DNA of 63,496 nucleotides, filler included, from Pelomyxa schiedti (Eukaryota; Protista; Evosea): assembly GCA_020536535.1 (NCBI GenBank). It is 7 parts of 7 records of this genome, joined end to end, with 100 filler letters (N's around TTAATTAATTAA, not from the genome) between each part and the next. Parts side by side here need not be neighbours in the genome. Positions count along the whole stretch, not along the records: positions 35,157 to 57,257 come from JAHLWZ010000755.1; 6 more parts are not named here. The stretch is one strand, 5' to 3'. The first letter of the stretch is position 1. Each line of letters begins with the position of its first letter. A program made the position numbers and the translations under genes. The notes beneath the pieces are model-generated. The model did not search any database. It saw only the letters and a list, made by a program, of their open reading frames with translations, and was not told the DNA's origin. This document shows, in pieces, positions 38,592 through 52,236 of the stretch.

Positions 38592-41066
38592 TTATTCATC
38601 ATGGAAAATAAAGTAGCCGTCGAGTTTTATCTTTGCCTCTGCGTTTCCTTGGCGAGCAGCCAATGACAACCACCTGACACCTTCCTCGTGCCGCATTGTT
38701 TCCACCAAACCACTGTTGCTAGTGGCACAACCATCCACCAGGAACACACCCAACTTGTATTGTGCATCTTCATTCCCTTGTTCAGCAGACAGCCTGTACA
38801 ACCTCATTGCTTCTGCCATGTCTTTGCTCACACCATCCTCTGCACACCCTGTCTCATACAGTGTGGCCATGCGGTACTGTGCCCATGCATCACCACCCTC
38901 TGATGCCATGGCAAGCCACTTCACTCCCTCCCTCGCGTTCTTGCCAGCAAAACAAATGTCACCCCTCAGGTGCTGGTGGCTGAGACTTGATTGTGCCCAC
39001 AGGTTGCCAAGGCGTGCTGACACCTCCCAGTGCTCGAGCCTTTTAGGGCGAAGCAGCCATCCAATGAAGTACTCAGCCAATGCACGCGGCACACTGAGGC
39101 ACGACTTGTTGTGGGGCTTGTTGTTGTCTTCACACAATGAAATTGAGTTGTTGAATGCCTTGATTGCCATTGCTCTTGTGTCCCCTCGCGCACCACCAAC
39201 ACCCTGCCAGAACATGTATCCAGGCATCACGTATCCCAGTGCAGCAACGCCACACCTCCAGTCTTCCACTGTTGTTGATGTATGATCTTCCAGAAGAGGG
39301 TGTTGTGGTGCTGCTGCCGGCGGTGTTGCCTGAAACAGAGACCAGAATTTGTTGGAGGGTGCCTTGCTGGCTGTTGTTGCGGCTGGTTTTGTTGGTAGTG
39401 GTGGAGGTGGGGGTAGGGGTTGTGGTACCAATGACGTGGCTGATTCAGTTACGGTTTTGAGAAAAGCCTGCGATTCTGGGGAACACCTGAGAAGCAACAC
39501 ACGAGTGATGTAATCTTTTAGTGGTTTGGTGAATGGCCCAAGCCTCTGGAAAAGGGAAGGGTTGACGGAGAGAATGAAGTACAGAAGCATCAGAGAAAAA
39601 GTTTCAGACTGATTTCGTATGTTTGTTTTGGATCTTGAACACACATGGCATTCCAACACATTTCCCACATCGTCAGGTTTGTTGTTGACATGGATTTCAC
39701 GAAGGGGGGAATGTGAGGAACAAGGGAGCATCTCAATGCAGTTGTCAAATGCCTGTTGGAAATCTCCTTCAACAAAGAGCCTCATTGTCTGCAGTGCCAA
39801 TTGTTCATCTCCCACAACTGTTTTACTCATTGGACAGGGTTATTGTGTCTGAAATACACACTGGAAATTGACAGGTTTTCAATGCATTTGCCAGTTGACG
39901 TGACACCTTCTTGTTTGAGGTGAAATCTGCCTTGACATGCACCCAACAAATCCCGTAGTGGTTCCTAACACAGGGGTAAAAAAAAGAGAATGGAATGAAA
40001 CGAGTTTGGAAGGTAAGTAGGGAGAGAGTACAGCAAGATTCCGCAAAACAATGGGGATTTTCGCCTTGCTGTGATTCATGAGGACTGGATTTTGGGTGAT
40101 GGCAACGAGTGAGGTTTGCTTAGTCGCACCATTGTTTGCAGCAGTCTTCAAACTGTTCTGAGACTCGTCCAACTGGGAGATAACAGAGAGTTTGCATTTC
40201 ATTTGCAACTCGAGGGCTCTCTTCCTTGTTTCAAAGAATTTTGCAGTGTTGGCAAGCAACGTGTCCTTCTTTTTCTGAAGTGCCTTCATCAGTCTGTTGA
40301 ATGTGCTCTTGATCTGCAATTCCATCCTCCTTTGATCCTTTTTTTGTTTGTTTGATTACGAGAATGCAATTTAATTGTTATCACACCTCTGTGAGGGTAC
40401 TGATGGAACGTTCAATTAGTTGTGATGAATCTTCCAGTAAGGCTCTCTCCCTGTTGATGAGCTCAACGATTCCAGGAACCTGCTCTGCTGCTGTTTGTGC
40501 CTGTCTTGTGATTGTAACCAACTCGTGAGTGCGGTGGTGCTCCAGGGCACACTCGAGGCACACGAGGAGGTTGTCATTGACACAGAACCTCTCAAGTGGC
40601 CTGTCTGGGTGCAATACACACTTCTCTGCGTGAGTATTATAAAGATACAAATTGTGCAGGACTTAGTTTGGAGTCAAACCTGGTTGGAAACATGTGCCAT
40701 CATTGTGACAGGTATCCACAGACACATCGGCGATTACCTCCCACACACAGAACGATGTGACGTGATGGCATACCCTGCACTCGATGTTTACTTCACCATC
40801 CACATCCTCTTTGCTACCACTTGAAAATCTACTATCCAGTGGGGAGGCTGGTGACAAGTAAGCAGATGTGCATAGTGACAAAACGCAACTCCTGCACACT
40901 CTGTGTCCGCACTCCTGTGTTTGTGTCATTGAGTTTGTACCAAGTCACATTTAGAGGAGGGAAAAAACACCATTTGTGAGTGGAGCCTCTGGGAGTCGGT
41001 ACCGATACTTTTGGTTGGTATTGGTTTGTAACATACCCAACACACTTCGCTGTGTCCACGTATCAT
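38592..41066 (-). CDS. TRIM-like RING-B-box-coiled-coil protein with C-terminal Sel1-like repeats (copy 1)
   Basis: CWVC..CGHRVCRSC..CRVC; CVLHPDRPLERFCVNDNLLVCLECALEHHRTH; coiled coil; spliced in frame into the Sel1 ORF (AQYRMATLYETG..KDMAEAMRLYRLSAEQGNEDAQYKLG). Confidence 0.85.
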
Positions 41067-41817
41067 CGTGGAGTATTTTTTGTTTTCGCTCGTTCGACTG
41101 ATCCAGGGAGTGTTTCGAATCTTAAGCGAAGGCCATCTGATGAGCCTGTGTCAAGGCACAACACAAGAAGAATCTCAACACCCAATCGCACTCACAAGGC
41201 AAAGTCCGGGTGACATGGTCGGCAACCATGTTCCGTCTCCGCGACGCAACATCGACCACATGCCCAAACCCAAGGACAAGGAGAAGGAGAAAAGGAAGCT
41301 CTCACCACGACGGCTGTGTCGCAACACTCACTCAAACACAGAGTGAGGAAACTCAGCAATCAGCAGATAGAATAGGGCAACACACTGTGACAGATCAACC
41401 AACAGCCACGTCTCTCTCGGAAACAAAAGAATGCACACCCAAGTCCAACGATCATTCCATTGCCCGATTCACTCCTTTGTGGGTGGAAAGGACAAAACAC
41501 AGTTGCAAACATGTCCGCATGGCAACTGCACACAATTCAATACTCCTTGGCACGACTGTGTGAGATTCCCTTTCATCTCAAAAAATGCTTTTACTTCCTT
41601 CCATTGACCACAGGTTCGACGGGCCACACAAATACCTTTTGGATGATTACATTGCCCGAAATCTTGTCTCAATGACAAACGCTGAAATTCAAGAGCAGAA
41701 TGATAGCTGCTGCTTTGAAGGCGACAATTGTTTGTGAATTCCCCTCTTTTGAATGAATGTATTTTGAACGAATTTTCTAATAAGAAACCATTGCTTGACA
41801 ATGTCTTTATTTTCGAA

Positions 41818-42683
41818 TCACAACAGGTTTAACTCAAAGAACACAGTATTGTCAGTGTACTTTGAGTGATAAGGTCCGGTCTCAACGAAACCAAGAGTCT
41901 TGTATAATTTTATTGCTGAGGTCATGTGGGACAAAGTGTCCAACCGGAATTTCTGATATCCAAGCCCTTTGGCTTTCTAGGTTTTTGGTATTTAGTAACA
42001 TTCCACAAAAAACACATACCATACCGCAATTATTGCCTTCGCCAGAATTCTGCCAATTCCAGTGCGTTGGTATTCAGGCAGAATGAACATTCTTTTCATT
42101 TCCGCAGATATATCATCAAGCCGGCGGCAACCTTGTTTATCCGTTAATAAATCATATATTAACCTAACCTCCAAGACAGGAAATAAAACATGTTTATGTA
42201 ATCTTATTCCCGCTGTATATACATATTACACATTATACAAACACAGTAATCAAGATATATAACCTACACAGCCTATGTATTCAGATGAATTTGTTTTTAC
42301 CAACAGGAAGCATCCCCTGTTGTCACGTCCATACATATGACTCATGTTCTCAAGTTCTTCCCTGAAACCTGAGCCCCCAAGTCAAAAAAAAAAAGACAAA
42401 CTTTCATGTCACTGGCACCACAAAGCCACAACAAGTGAGGTCAGATGGGTTGTGTGACCGATGTTATGGTTGGTTATTATTGTCGTTGTTGTTATTATCG
42501 ATGGGTGGTCAACATGCCTTGGTACTGGAGGTCCACGCCCAGGAGTGACTGGTACTTTGCGGCCAGTGTCCTGGCCCACTCCCACTGTACGTCACTCTCG
42601 CACTCCTCAATCGCCAAACCCCCTCCATCACCGCCACAAGCACCATCATCGTCGCGTACTGTTGTCGTGCTTTGGCACCTCAT
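41818..42683 (-). CDS. GNAT acetyltransferase, bacterial-like, with introns
   Basis: GVDLQYQGFREEL, IGCVG-CRRL, AEMKRMFILPEYQRTGIGRIL, GYQKFRLDTL..AIKLYKTLGF. Confidence 0.9.
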
Positions 42684-42748
42684 CCCCCCCGGCAGCCGCC
42701 AAGCACAGTTTTTTTTTTTTTTTTTTGTTCTGGGGCAGGGTGCAGGCT

Positions 42749-45015
42749 CTACGTCTTAATCTTGTAGGGTCTTCCCCTACCAGACAACAACATAGCCATT
42801 TCGTGCCCTTGTTCGGCAGCCAGCGTGCAGAGCCTCATAGCTTCTGTCATGTCTTTCCTCACACAAGCCTCTGCACACCCAGTCTGATACAGCTCGGCCA
42901 TCATGTACCGTCCACTTGCGCTGCCACCGTCCGATGCCATGGCAAGCCACTTCACCCCTCCCTCACATTCTTCTCACCACTGTACCCTCGCAGGTGACAC
43001 ACCCCAAGATTATGCTGGGCCCACACGTTGCCAAGGCGTGCTGACACCTCCCAGTGCTCGATAGTTTTAGTACCAAGCAGCAATCCAAGGAAGAACTCAG
43101 CCAATGCACGTGGCACACTGAGGCACGAACTGGTGGTTGCTGCTACTGTCAGTGATATTGCATTGTAGTATTCCTTGAGTGCCAGATCAACACTCTTGCG
43201 TGGGGGCATGTACATGTATCCACGCATTACATGCACCAAGGCGGCAACACCACACCTCCAGTCTTGAACAGTTGTTGGCGTGTGGTCTCCTAGAATAGGT
43301 TGTTCTGGTGCTGATGATGCCCAAAACAGAGACCAGAATTTGCTGGGAGGTTCTTTGGTGGCTGGTTTTGGTGGTTGTTGTGCCAACGACAAGGCCAAGT
43401 CAGTGACGGTTTGGAAGAAAACAAGTGATTCTGGGGAACACTTTGGGAGACTGTGTTCGATCTCAACTTCTGCTAACTTGGTGAATGGGCCAAGGTTGAT
43501 AATAAGGGAGGGTTTGAATTCAAGCATCAAGTCCAGAAGCACAAGAGCAACAGTTTCAGATTGGTTGTGTGTCTTCCTTTTGGATCTACAAGAATTCAAA
43601 TGCACCAGATGATCAGGTTTGTTGTTGTCTTCATGTATTTCACAAAAGGGCCCATGCAAGGAACAAGGGAACATTTCAAGGCAGTTCTCAAAGGTGTGTT
43701 TGAAGTCTCCTTCAACAAAGAGCCTCATTGTCTGCAGTGCAAATTGTTCTTCTCCCACCCCTGCACTACCAATTGGAAAAGGTTGGTTATGTTAGATACA
43801 CACTAGAAATGGACAGGTTTCCAATGCATTTGAGAGTTGGAGTGACATCTTCTTTGTTGATATGAAATCTGCCTTCACCCAGCAATGACAAAGTGTTGCG
43901 AAGTGGTTCCTGAATAGGTTTTTAACAAGTGGAATGAAGGGAAGTAAGAGAGCAACCACCAAGCTAGTTTCCCTAGGTTTGCTGTGCTTCATGAGGACTG
44001 GACTGCGAGTGATGACGACAAGAGATGTTTGCATTCCACTATTCTCTTGACAAAATGCAGCAGCGTTCTTCAAGTTGTTCTGAGAATCATTCAAGTGAGA
44101 GACAATGGAATGTGTGCATTTTATTTGCAACTCGAGGGCTCTCTTCCTTGTTTCAAAGAATTTTGAAGTGTTAGCAAGCAGCATGTTCTCCTTTTTCTGA
44201 AGTGCCTTCATCAATCTGTTGAATGTTCCTTTGATGTTCTCTTCAACTCTCCTTTGCCGCTTTTTTTGTTTGATGAGAAAGTAACACAATAAGTTATCAC
44301 ACAGACACCTTTGTGAGGGCACTGATGGTTGACTCAGTTTCCTGCACTGAATCTTCCATGAGGGCCCTCTCCCAGTTGATAATGTCGACCATCCCAGGGA
44401 CCTGCTGTGCTGCTGTTTGTGCCTGTCTTGTGATTGTCATCAATTCGTGAGTGCGGTGTTGCTCCAGGGCACACTCAAGGCACACGAGGAGGTTGTCATT
44501 GACACAGAACCTCTCAAGTGGCCTGTCTGGGTGCAAAATACACTTCTCTGTTTGAGTGTGAACATCATCAGTCAAAAATTAAAGTGTGGGAGGAGCCAAA
44601 CCAGGTTGGGAACAGGTGCTATCATGACGAGTTATATCAACACTGGAACCAGTGATTACATCCCACACACAGAGTGATGTGACGTGGTGGCACACCCTGC
44701 ATTCAATTTTCACTTCACCATCATCCACCTCCTCCTCTTTGCCGCTACCAGTTGTGCTTTTCGAAAAAGCACTCATAAGTTGTGGTGACGACAAGTAAGT
44801 GGATGTGCACAGTGGCACAATGCAACCGCTGCACACTCTGTGTCCGCACTCCTGTGTGTGGATGTGTGTGTGTGTTTGGGAGTCATTGAGTTTGAAGTGG
44901 TATTTAGACAAGAAAATCAAAAGACAAATACCATTTGTGAAGCACCATCAACAACACTGTTGGTTGATATTGGTTTGTAACACACCCAACACACTTCGCT
45001 GTGTCCGTGCATCAT
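42749..45015 (-). pseudogene. TRIM-like RING-B-box-CC-Sel1 protein (copy 2), frameshifted in the Sel1 region
   Basis: Colinear paralogue of 38592-41066; 1-nt deletion near 42955 (GAG GGG TGA versus GAG GGA GTG in copy 1). Confidence 0.7.
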
Positions 45016-45457
45016 CGGGGTGTCTTTTTTCCTTCTTGTTGTTTTCGTTGGTGAGGGAAGATAATCCGGCCGAAATTAACACACACACAAAGGGGGGGAT
45101 CGGAGTGCGAGATGTGCTTATGGTGTGTGAGGGAGCAGTGTGGCTTCTGCTTGTTTGTTGCACGGAAGAGAAGATCAAACCTTTTTTGGAAGGTGCCTAA
45201 ATCCGTAGGTGCGAAAAAAAAGAAAAAAAATTCGCTCATTGGTGCCGTGTCGTGCACGATAGCGGACCAGCGACACTCGGTGTTTTCTCTCCCAGCGACA
45301 ATACAAATCTTAGAGATCCCCCCTTTGGTGCCTGCGCCGCCTACCCGACAACAACAGCAACAACAACCCCAGATCCGCACACACAGGCACACATAATAGA
45401 CACGCTCGCTTTTACCAGTCGCGCACATCGTAAGGCATCGCATTGATACGACACATC

Positions 45458-48400
45458 ATGTCGTCGTCGTCGCCGCTGCCGCGGGTGACGAGGCCCGTGA
45501 TCTCCAACTCGGCCCCAATGTCTTCCTCCTCATCGTCGTCTTCAACGTCAACATCGCAGCCCTCTTCCCCGACGTCGCTGCGGTCCTCCAACAGTAATAT
45601 GACTTCGTTTGGGTCTTCCTCCGCGTCACCCACAGGTTCAAGATCAAATTCCGGGCNNNNNNNNNNNNNNNNNNNNNNNNNNNNNNNNNNNNNNNNNNNN
45701 NNNNNNNNNNNNNNNNNNNNNNNNNNNNNNNNNNNNNNNNNNNNNNNNNNNNNNNNTCGTCTTCAACGTCAACATCGCAGCCCTCTTCCCCGACGTCGCT
45801 GCGGTCCTCCAACAGTAATATGACTTCGTTTGGGTCTTCCTCCGCGTCACCCACAGGTTCAAGATCAAATTCCGGGCCTTTGAAGCCTCTGTCTTCCTTA
45901 TCGTCCAGCTCATCGGTTCGTTCCGCGCTCCCACTTTTTTGTTTCTTTTTTTCGTTCTCATACAACTTGTACTTGCTCCTCTTTTTCTTTTTTTTTTACA
46001 GAATTCGTGGTCCAGTCTGCAGGGTGGGTCTCCAACCAACCCAATGCGTGACTCAAACAGCCAGTTTCAAATGAGTTTCTCCACAGCGGTGGCATTGATC
46101 CAGTCGCAGGAAAAACGGCCCGCACCTTCCAAATTGAAGTCCCTCTCGCAAGATGCCCACGCCTTATCGCGAAGAGGGAACTCCCCACCTCCCATTCCAT
46201 TGAGTTGTGACTCACCTACACCTCCACCTCCACCCCTGCCACAGTCAGGTATTTTTTTCTTCTTATTTCACCCTTCTTGCCTTGCACCTTACACACTATC
46301 CTTAGACTCAAGCAGCTCTCTCAGTGAAACCCCAACGTCTCCCCCCATGATTACGTTATCGGAGGAGTCTCGGCCGTCAAGAGACGGTTCAAGGTCACCA
46401 TCTCCGCCTTCACACTCCTCGCACCACCACCACCATCACCGGCACAGAGATGACGGGTCTACTGTATCTCCGCCTTGCACATCACCAAGACACTCTTCTC
46501 CGTCACCAGCGCATCGCACTGGAAGTCAAACAAAACCCCCTGTTCTACCTATTTCCAGAAGACCCAAAGTTGAGGACCCACCCAGGAAGCGAGGTCACTC
46601 TCAGTCTAGCCCAGTGCCACCAACCGAGGCCACTCTTTCTTCAGTGATTGGAAAAATTGCTGCCTCGCAACATCCACTCCCACCACCGGCACCATCAACT
46701 GATGTATCGCCACCTCCCACTGAGTACTTAGACTCCAGTGGAAGTGATAATGCACCGGCTGATGAAGCCACATCGACGCAGAAAAGTCCATCACCACATT
46801 TGCCAAGGCCATATCGAAACCACCACGCCAAGAAAAAGTCCTATCACTCACTTCCACGGAGTGCAAGCCGGAACGAAATCGGTACTCCCACATCACCAGG
46901 TCTCCCAGCAAACAATTCCCCACCTCTTATGGAAACAACTCCTGAAGAGGTTGATGAAGAAGTGGCATCTCTTACCAGTCAGTCTCCGCATCCTGATGAT
47001 GCAAAGGAGCATTCCTCTACCCCACCAGAAATAACACTTCGCAGCCCTGACACACCTGTAAGTTCCGCACTCAAATTGCCTCCTCTGGATGGGGTTTCGA
47101 GGCTACACCTGGTCAGTAATTTTGCTTTTGTTTTAGAGTTTTAGAAATTAATGTGAGATATAGTCGAGGCATGCATCCATGACTTTCTTGCTGAAGACAG
47201 CAGCACCTGACTTACAACCACGTAATGCCATAGTTGATTCCTTCTGTGTATGTTCCCTCTGCTTTTGCCTTCCTCATCCTGACGGCCCAACTGCAGCAGA
47301 AAGATTCAGAGTTTCTTTTATGCTGTAAAAATGAACCAGTTCCTGTTCGAATTACAGTAAAATCTGATGGAACAGCCCTCATAATATCTTTCAATCCAGC
47401 CGCCAAAGGACCTGGTATACATGGCACACTTTTAAACTGTGAGTTCACAGAGATTTTTTCCTGTTCTAATTGGAGTAGTCCCCAGAGAACTTCCTTTGGA
47501 CACAATAGAGGTATGCATCGGCCAGACAAATAGCAGTTTCAAGCAATGCAAATTGCATGATAGAGTGGATTGTTCCTTTACAATTTGGTCAAAAGGGTAT
47601 GTTTCCCTTTATTTATTACTGTGCATAACAGTTTGACAGTACCTCATACAATCTTGTAGCACGCAGCAAAGTCATCCAGCAAGACTGGGTTTCCTCTCTT
47701 GGAATGATTTTACAGATACCGCACAACCCACTTGATGATGCCACATCAGAGTTCGTGAATAGAGCCTGGCACAACGTTAACACAAAAGGAAATCCTGTGA
47801 ACTTTGAAGAAACCCGCAAGCTTCTTTCCTTCATGTATGCATGCACCACAAACAACAAACCCCCAACCTTGTTCATTTCCCCCAGGAACTTTGCACCTCC
47901 GAAGAAACAACTTTTGAGTGAATTCGTTGTATGAACTGTGTTGTTACTCATATCCTCATCACTCAAAGTGTTGTAGGAAGTTGCTGGGTCTGAAACAGCT
48001 CAACTTTCCCTGGAAAAGTTTCGTGTTCTCGTCTACACGCTAATCTGCAGAGGAGAAATTGAATCTCTATTTACAAAGTTCGCTAAGGCAAAGGGCCGGG
48101 CAATGACAGTGAACGACTTGTTGGCTTTCCACAGAACTGCACAACAAGTGGAACTCCCTCTATCTCCCTATTTAACCACTCACAACTGTGGCAGGAAGGT
48201 AATTTCAACAAGTCAGATGCTTATGCTCTTCTCAGAAAGTTTGGGAGCAGAGTAGAAGATTCTGCTGCCGCAGTGACTGCAGTGTCCCCACCAGTTACTG
48301 GTCCACAACCTTCGGCACCTCTTCCAATACTTCATCCGTTATCTTCCTCTCATGCTGTCCCCCCACTTACTGCATTACCTCTTCCTCCTCTGTCTCCTCG

Positions 48401-51400
48401 GCACTCAACATCGGCACCATCCTCTCCACGCAACTCCCAAGGTTTTATCCACAAACTGCAAGCATCGATTTTCTCGACACCTCATCAGCCACCACCAGAA
48501 CTTCCAGCTACAGCCCCGGAACCAACACAGGTCATTACACAACAACCAGAGTCACAAGGACCTTCGCAGAGTCAGCCTGGTATTGAATTTGAACTATTAC
48601 AGCACGGATTCGAGAGTTATTTACTTTCAAGGAATAACAGTTTGTTTCGACCAAATATGGCAATAATTCATCAGGTATCAACTGTAGTGTCTTTAAGGTG
48701 TTTTTACACTACGCAGGATATGACAGCCCCCATTCAACACTACACCATAAGTAGCAGTCCCGCAAATTTACCTTCAACAGACTCTTATTTACTTCTCTTC
48801 AGAGATCCTTGTATTCGATACCTTGAAGGTTCTCTCTCAGTTTTACTCTTTTATTTACTGTTCTATAGTTAAGTGCCTTGATGGCGGAGAGGAGCCAGCT
48901 ACGTCGTTTGGTCCTCTGCGTACTCTAATGTGCTTGATTAAGGAGCATGCTTTTGTATCGAATATGTAATTTCTTTTCTCTTCTTTTTGAAGCATTTCAC
49001 ACCACCTGCGAAGGTATCCTATGATATTGTATCTCAATGTTAAGAAGATAGCCACCAAGCCCTTGGTATCATGTGAAAATCGGGTTGTTGCCTTCCTAAA
49101 ACCACTGCAGGTGCAAAAGCAGGTGGCAGATATCTTAGTGGGAATTCTTAACTCATCCCTGGCTACACCCTGTGTGCAAGATATCAGATTCTTGCCCTCC
49201 CCAGAAAATCTGAAGAACAAATTCTTGCTCATGGTATGAAACTTTCTAACTCCCAACACCAATTAACTGCTGGCAGTCTGAGATGAAATTTGTGTCTGAA
49301 GAACTGGCTCATATCTTATTCTTGCATGCATATAACTTTGATGATTTTTGCGCAACACATGGTTTCTTGTTGTCTCTTTATCTGTTCTGTCTCAGGTGTC
49401 TCAGGGAAAAGGAAGGTATGGGATGTGCTTTCAGTTTCTGAAACTATGTTCGCCAAAATCGATCCCGCTTTCGTTGAAGAGTATATAACAGAATCACCTT
49501 GAACTGCCTAAACCCCACCACAGGTGTGCTAGGAAGATTCTCGTGCGAGTCTACCCAAGCAACTCAAAAACTATTAAATTTTCCCACAAGCAGAATCCGT
49601 ATGTTACCTTCACTCCCTTCTCCCATTCACCATTTTAGATGCATATATTGGGCCAGTGGTGTACAAATTGTTGTACCTTCAGTGTTCAATGAGGTCTTTG
49701 AAGGTTTAGCTGAATACAGATCAATGTTGTCTTTCCCCATAACGTTCGATGCGCCAATTAGGAAAATTCAGTGACAATGGATTGTGTGGATACAACCGCA
49801 AGCCTTGGTTTATCACACAGGACCCAATTCAATTTGATGATCTCGTTCAATTTACGGACCATTCACAACTAAACACAATAACTCAAATAACAATAGAGGT
49901 AATTTACCACGTCCACTTTTCTTCATTTCTTAAAATTTTGCATAGGTATTAAGTGCTCGTGCGTTACCTATCACCAAGAGGTCTCATACCACAGATCCCC
50001 ATGTAGAATTGGAAATATTTGGCGTCCCTGCGGATTGTGCCCTCAAGAAGACAAAATCCGTCAGTACGTTTTTCACTGAGTTTTTTGTATTTTGACGATT
50101 TTCTCAGAAAATAATGGATTCAATCCAACATGGGCCAATATTGAAGAGCCTTTTAAGTTTCCGTTGACAATGAGTCAACATGCAATTTTACAACTAAGGT
50201 GTGCTAAAACTTGAGGCATCCATTCGTTAAATTCACTTGGGAAAAAAAATAGAATAATGGATGGTGAAACACTTGTTGCACATGCTACTCTCCCTGTCCA
50301 TTGTATTCGAGCAGGTTACAGAATTGTCCACCTGAAGAGCCCCACGGGAAACACCAAACTCTCTCCAATATGCACCCTCTTTGTCAAGTAAGCTGCTTAT
50401 TCTTAAGCGACAAAGTAGCTGAAATAGTTACAGGGCGACTTTGTCCCCCAATATCACCGCCAAGTACCCTTTCTGTGATCAACTTCGGGCCATTCCAATG
50501 GTTTGTTACCTTTATTTGTTTGGCCTATGATTACATCTTCTCAGAGAGCCGTTGTGCTACATCCGGAGCCAAGAATGTTGTGCAGGTTGGCTAATCCTCC
50601 AAATGACAGCGATCCCCCCATGCAGACGTTCGAAGATGTGGTTTGTGCATGTACTATTTCCACCTATCCATTTGATCAAGAAACTAAAAGCCAGGTTGCT
50701 TTTTTTCCCATTACCTACCGTTTTAAGCTTTTCACTCACTTTACCACAGATGGGCACTCCAATATGCGACCAGTACAATGTCACTGTCTATAATGACCAT
50801 GTCGCATTCTCTTTGGCTGATGGTTGTAACTGGGGAAGAGCACCACGGATGGCTGCAAATAAATCGACCGCGGCATTTATTAACTATGTCGAGCAGAGAA
50901 TAATGTAACGGACATGCCTTCATTGAAAAAACCAAACAGAATTTTCACCAACACACCAACAGCAGCTCCTACAGGAGGCTGCATACACTGAAGGAGCTAG
51001 CCACTTTAATGTTTGAGGCATTATGTTGTGCAAATAGATCCATCAGTTCTGGGATGACCTTCTCGTATAGCAATAGCATCTTTTATTTACTTCTTATTTC
51101 TTTCAGACAGGACACTGGTACCACAACGTTCCTTGGTGGTGTTCTATTTAAGCTGGCTTCGAATGACACAAGTACACATTCTATAGTTTCTTATTAAGTT
51201 CTCATTCCCCACAAGACTTGTTTATTACAGACACAGAGGACACATGGACTTGCATTTGCATCTCTGTTGGCGATTGCAAGGTTTGTAATACCCATACTTC
51301 TGAAAGGGCTAAGAATATGATGAAAAGGCATTTTTGTGGAACCTTAGCACGGGTTTGTCTAATCTTAGTACTGCATCCCTCACCGAAGTCTGTGGCACAA

Positions 51401-52124
51401 GATGTGGCACTGATCCCAGTGATCCGGGAGGGAGACTGGGTCCGTACCTAAATGGTCTAAGACCTGACACGAGAAATCTTACATTGACACATTTTGATCT
51501 GCAGCCCGGTGATTACCTTATCATTGTCAGGTGTGCAATTCTCTGCCGCACTGTGGAATATTTACCTTTTCACAAGCGATGGTGTTCATGATAACCTTGA
51601 TGCTCCGTCTCTTGGAAAGACACCGGGAGCAGTTTCCGCGGAACTTTCAAGTTACTCCACTTGGGCTGATGCTTACAAAGCAAATCCAACCCTGACGGAG
51701 AAAATTAAATCTGATTTCATGTGTGTCTGCTGCGCAGTTATCCTCGGTTCTCACTTTGCTTTTTTAAAGGTGCGAACACTTGAAGCAGGAACTTCTGAAA
51801 AACTGTGGGGAAGGTTTACCAACTCCCGGCAAGGTTGTTGACGGAATTATGAAGTACTGTGTATCAACCACCGGACCCAGCAGGTACAGAAAATAACATG
51901 TCACCAGTTCACCACCCGTAAACTAAAACTCTTTGACAGGGAGTTTATGGAACAGAATCCCCACAAAAAACTTGTATGTGATTACACCTTATACCCTGGA
52001 AAACTGGACCACACTTCCTGTCTTTGTATTTGTGTTGGAAGAGGTGCAGGTGTGAACTCCAGCAATATTCCTACGCTAAAAATTAACTTCAATATCAGAG
52101 TGTTGCAGCAGCGGCACACTGTGA
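45458..52124 (+). CDS. PLC-like (PH, EF, degenerate X/Y, C2) protein fused to a PP2C-like (CG9801-type) phosphatase domain
   Basis: QDMTAPIQHYTISSS, DNGLCGYNRKP, C2 DPHVELEIFGVPAD..NNGFNPTW..CIRAGYRIVHL; then PICD, LADGCNWG, GTTT, SVGDCK, DPGGRLGP, VSDGVHDN, GKLDHTS. Last exon uncertain. Confidence 0.8.
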
Positions 52125-52236
52125 ATGTAATTACCACCAAAACCGAAAAAATTGTACAAGGAGTGTGTAACAGTCAAAATAAAATGTACAAGCCAAAAAC
52201 AAAAGAAAATTTTCCCTTGTTATTCTCAGTGGATTA

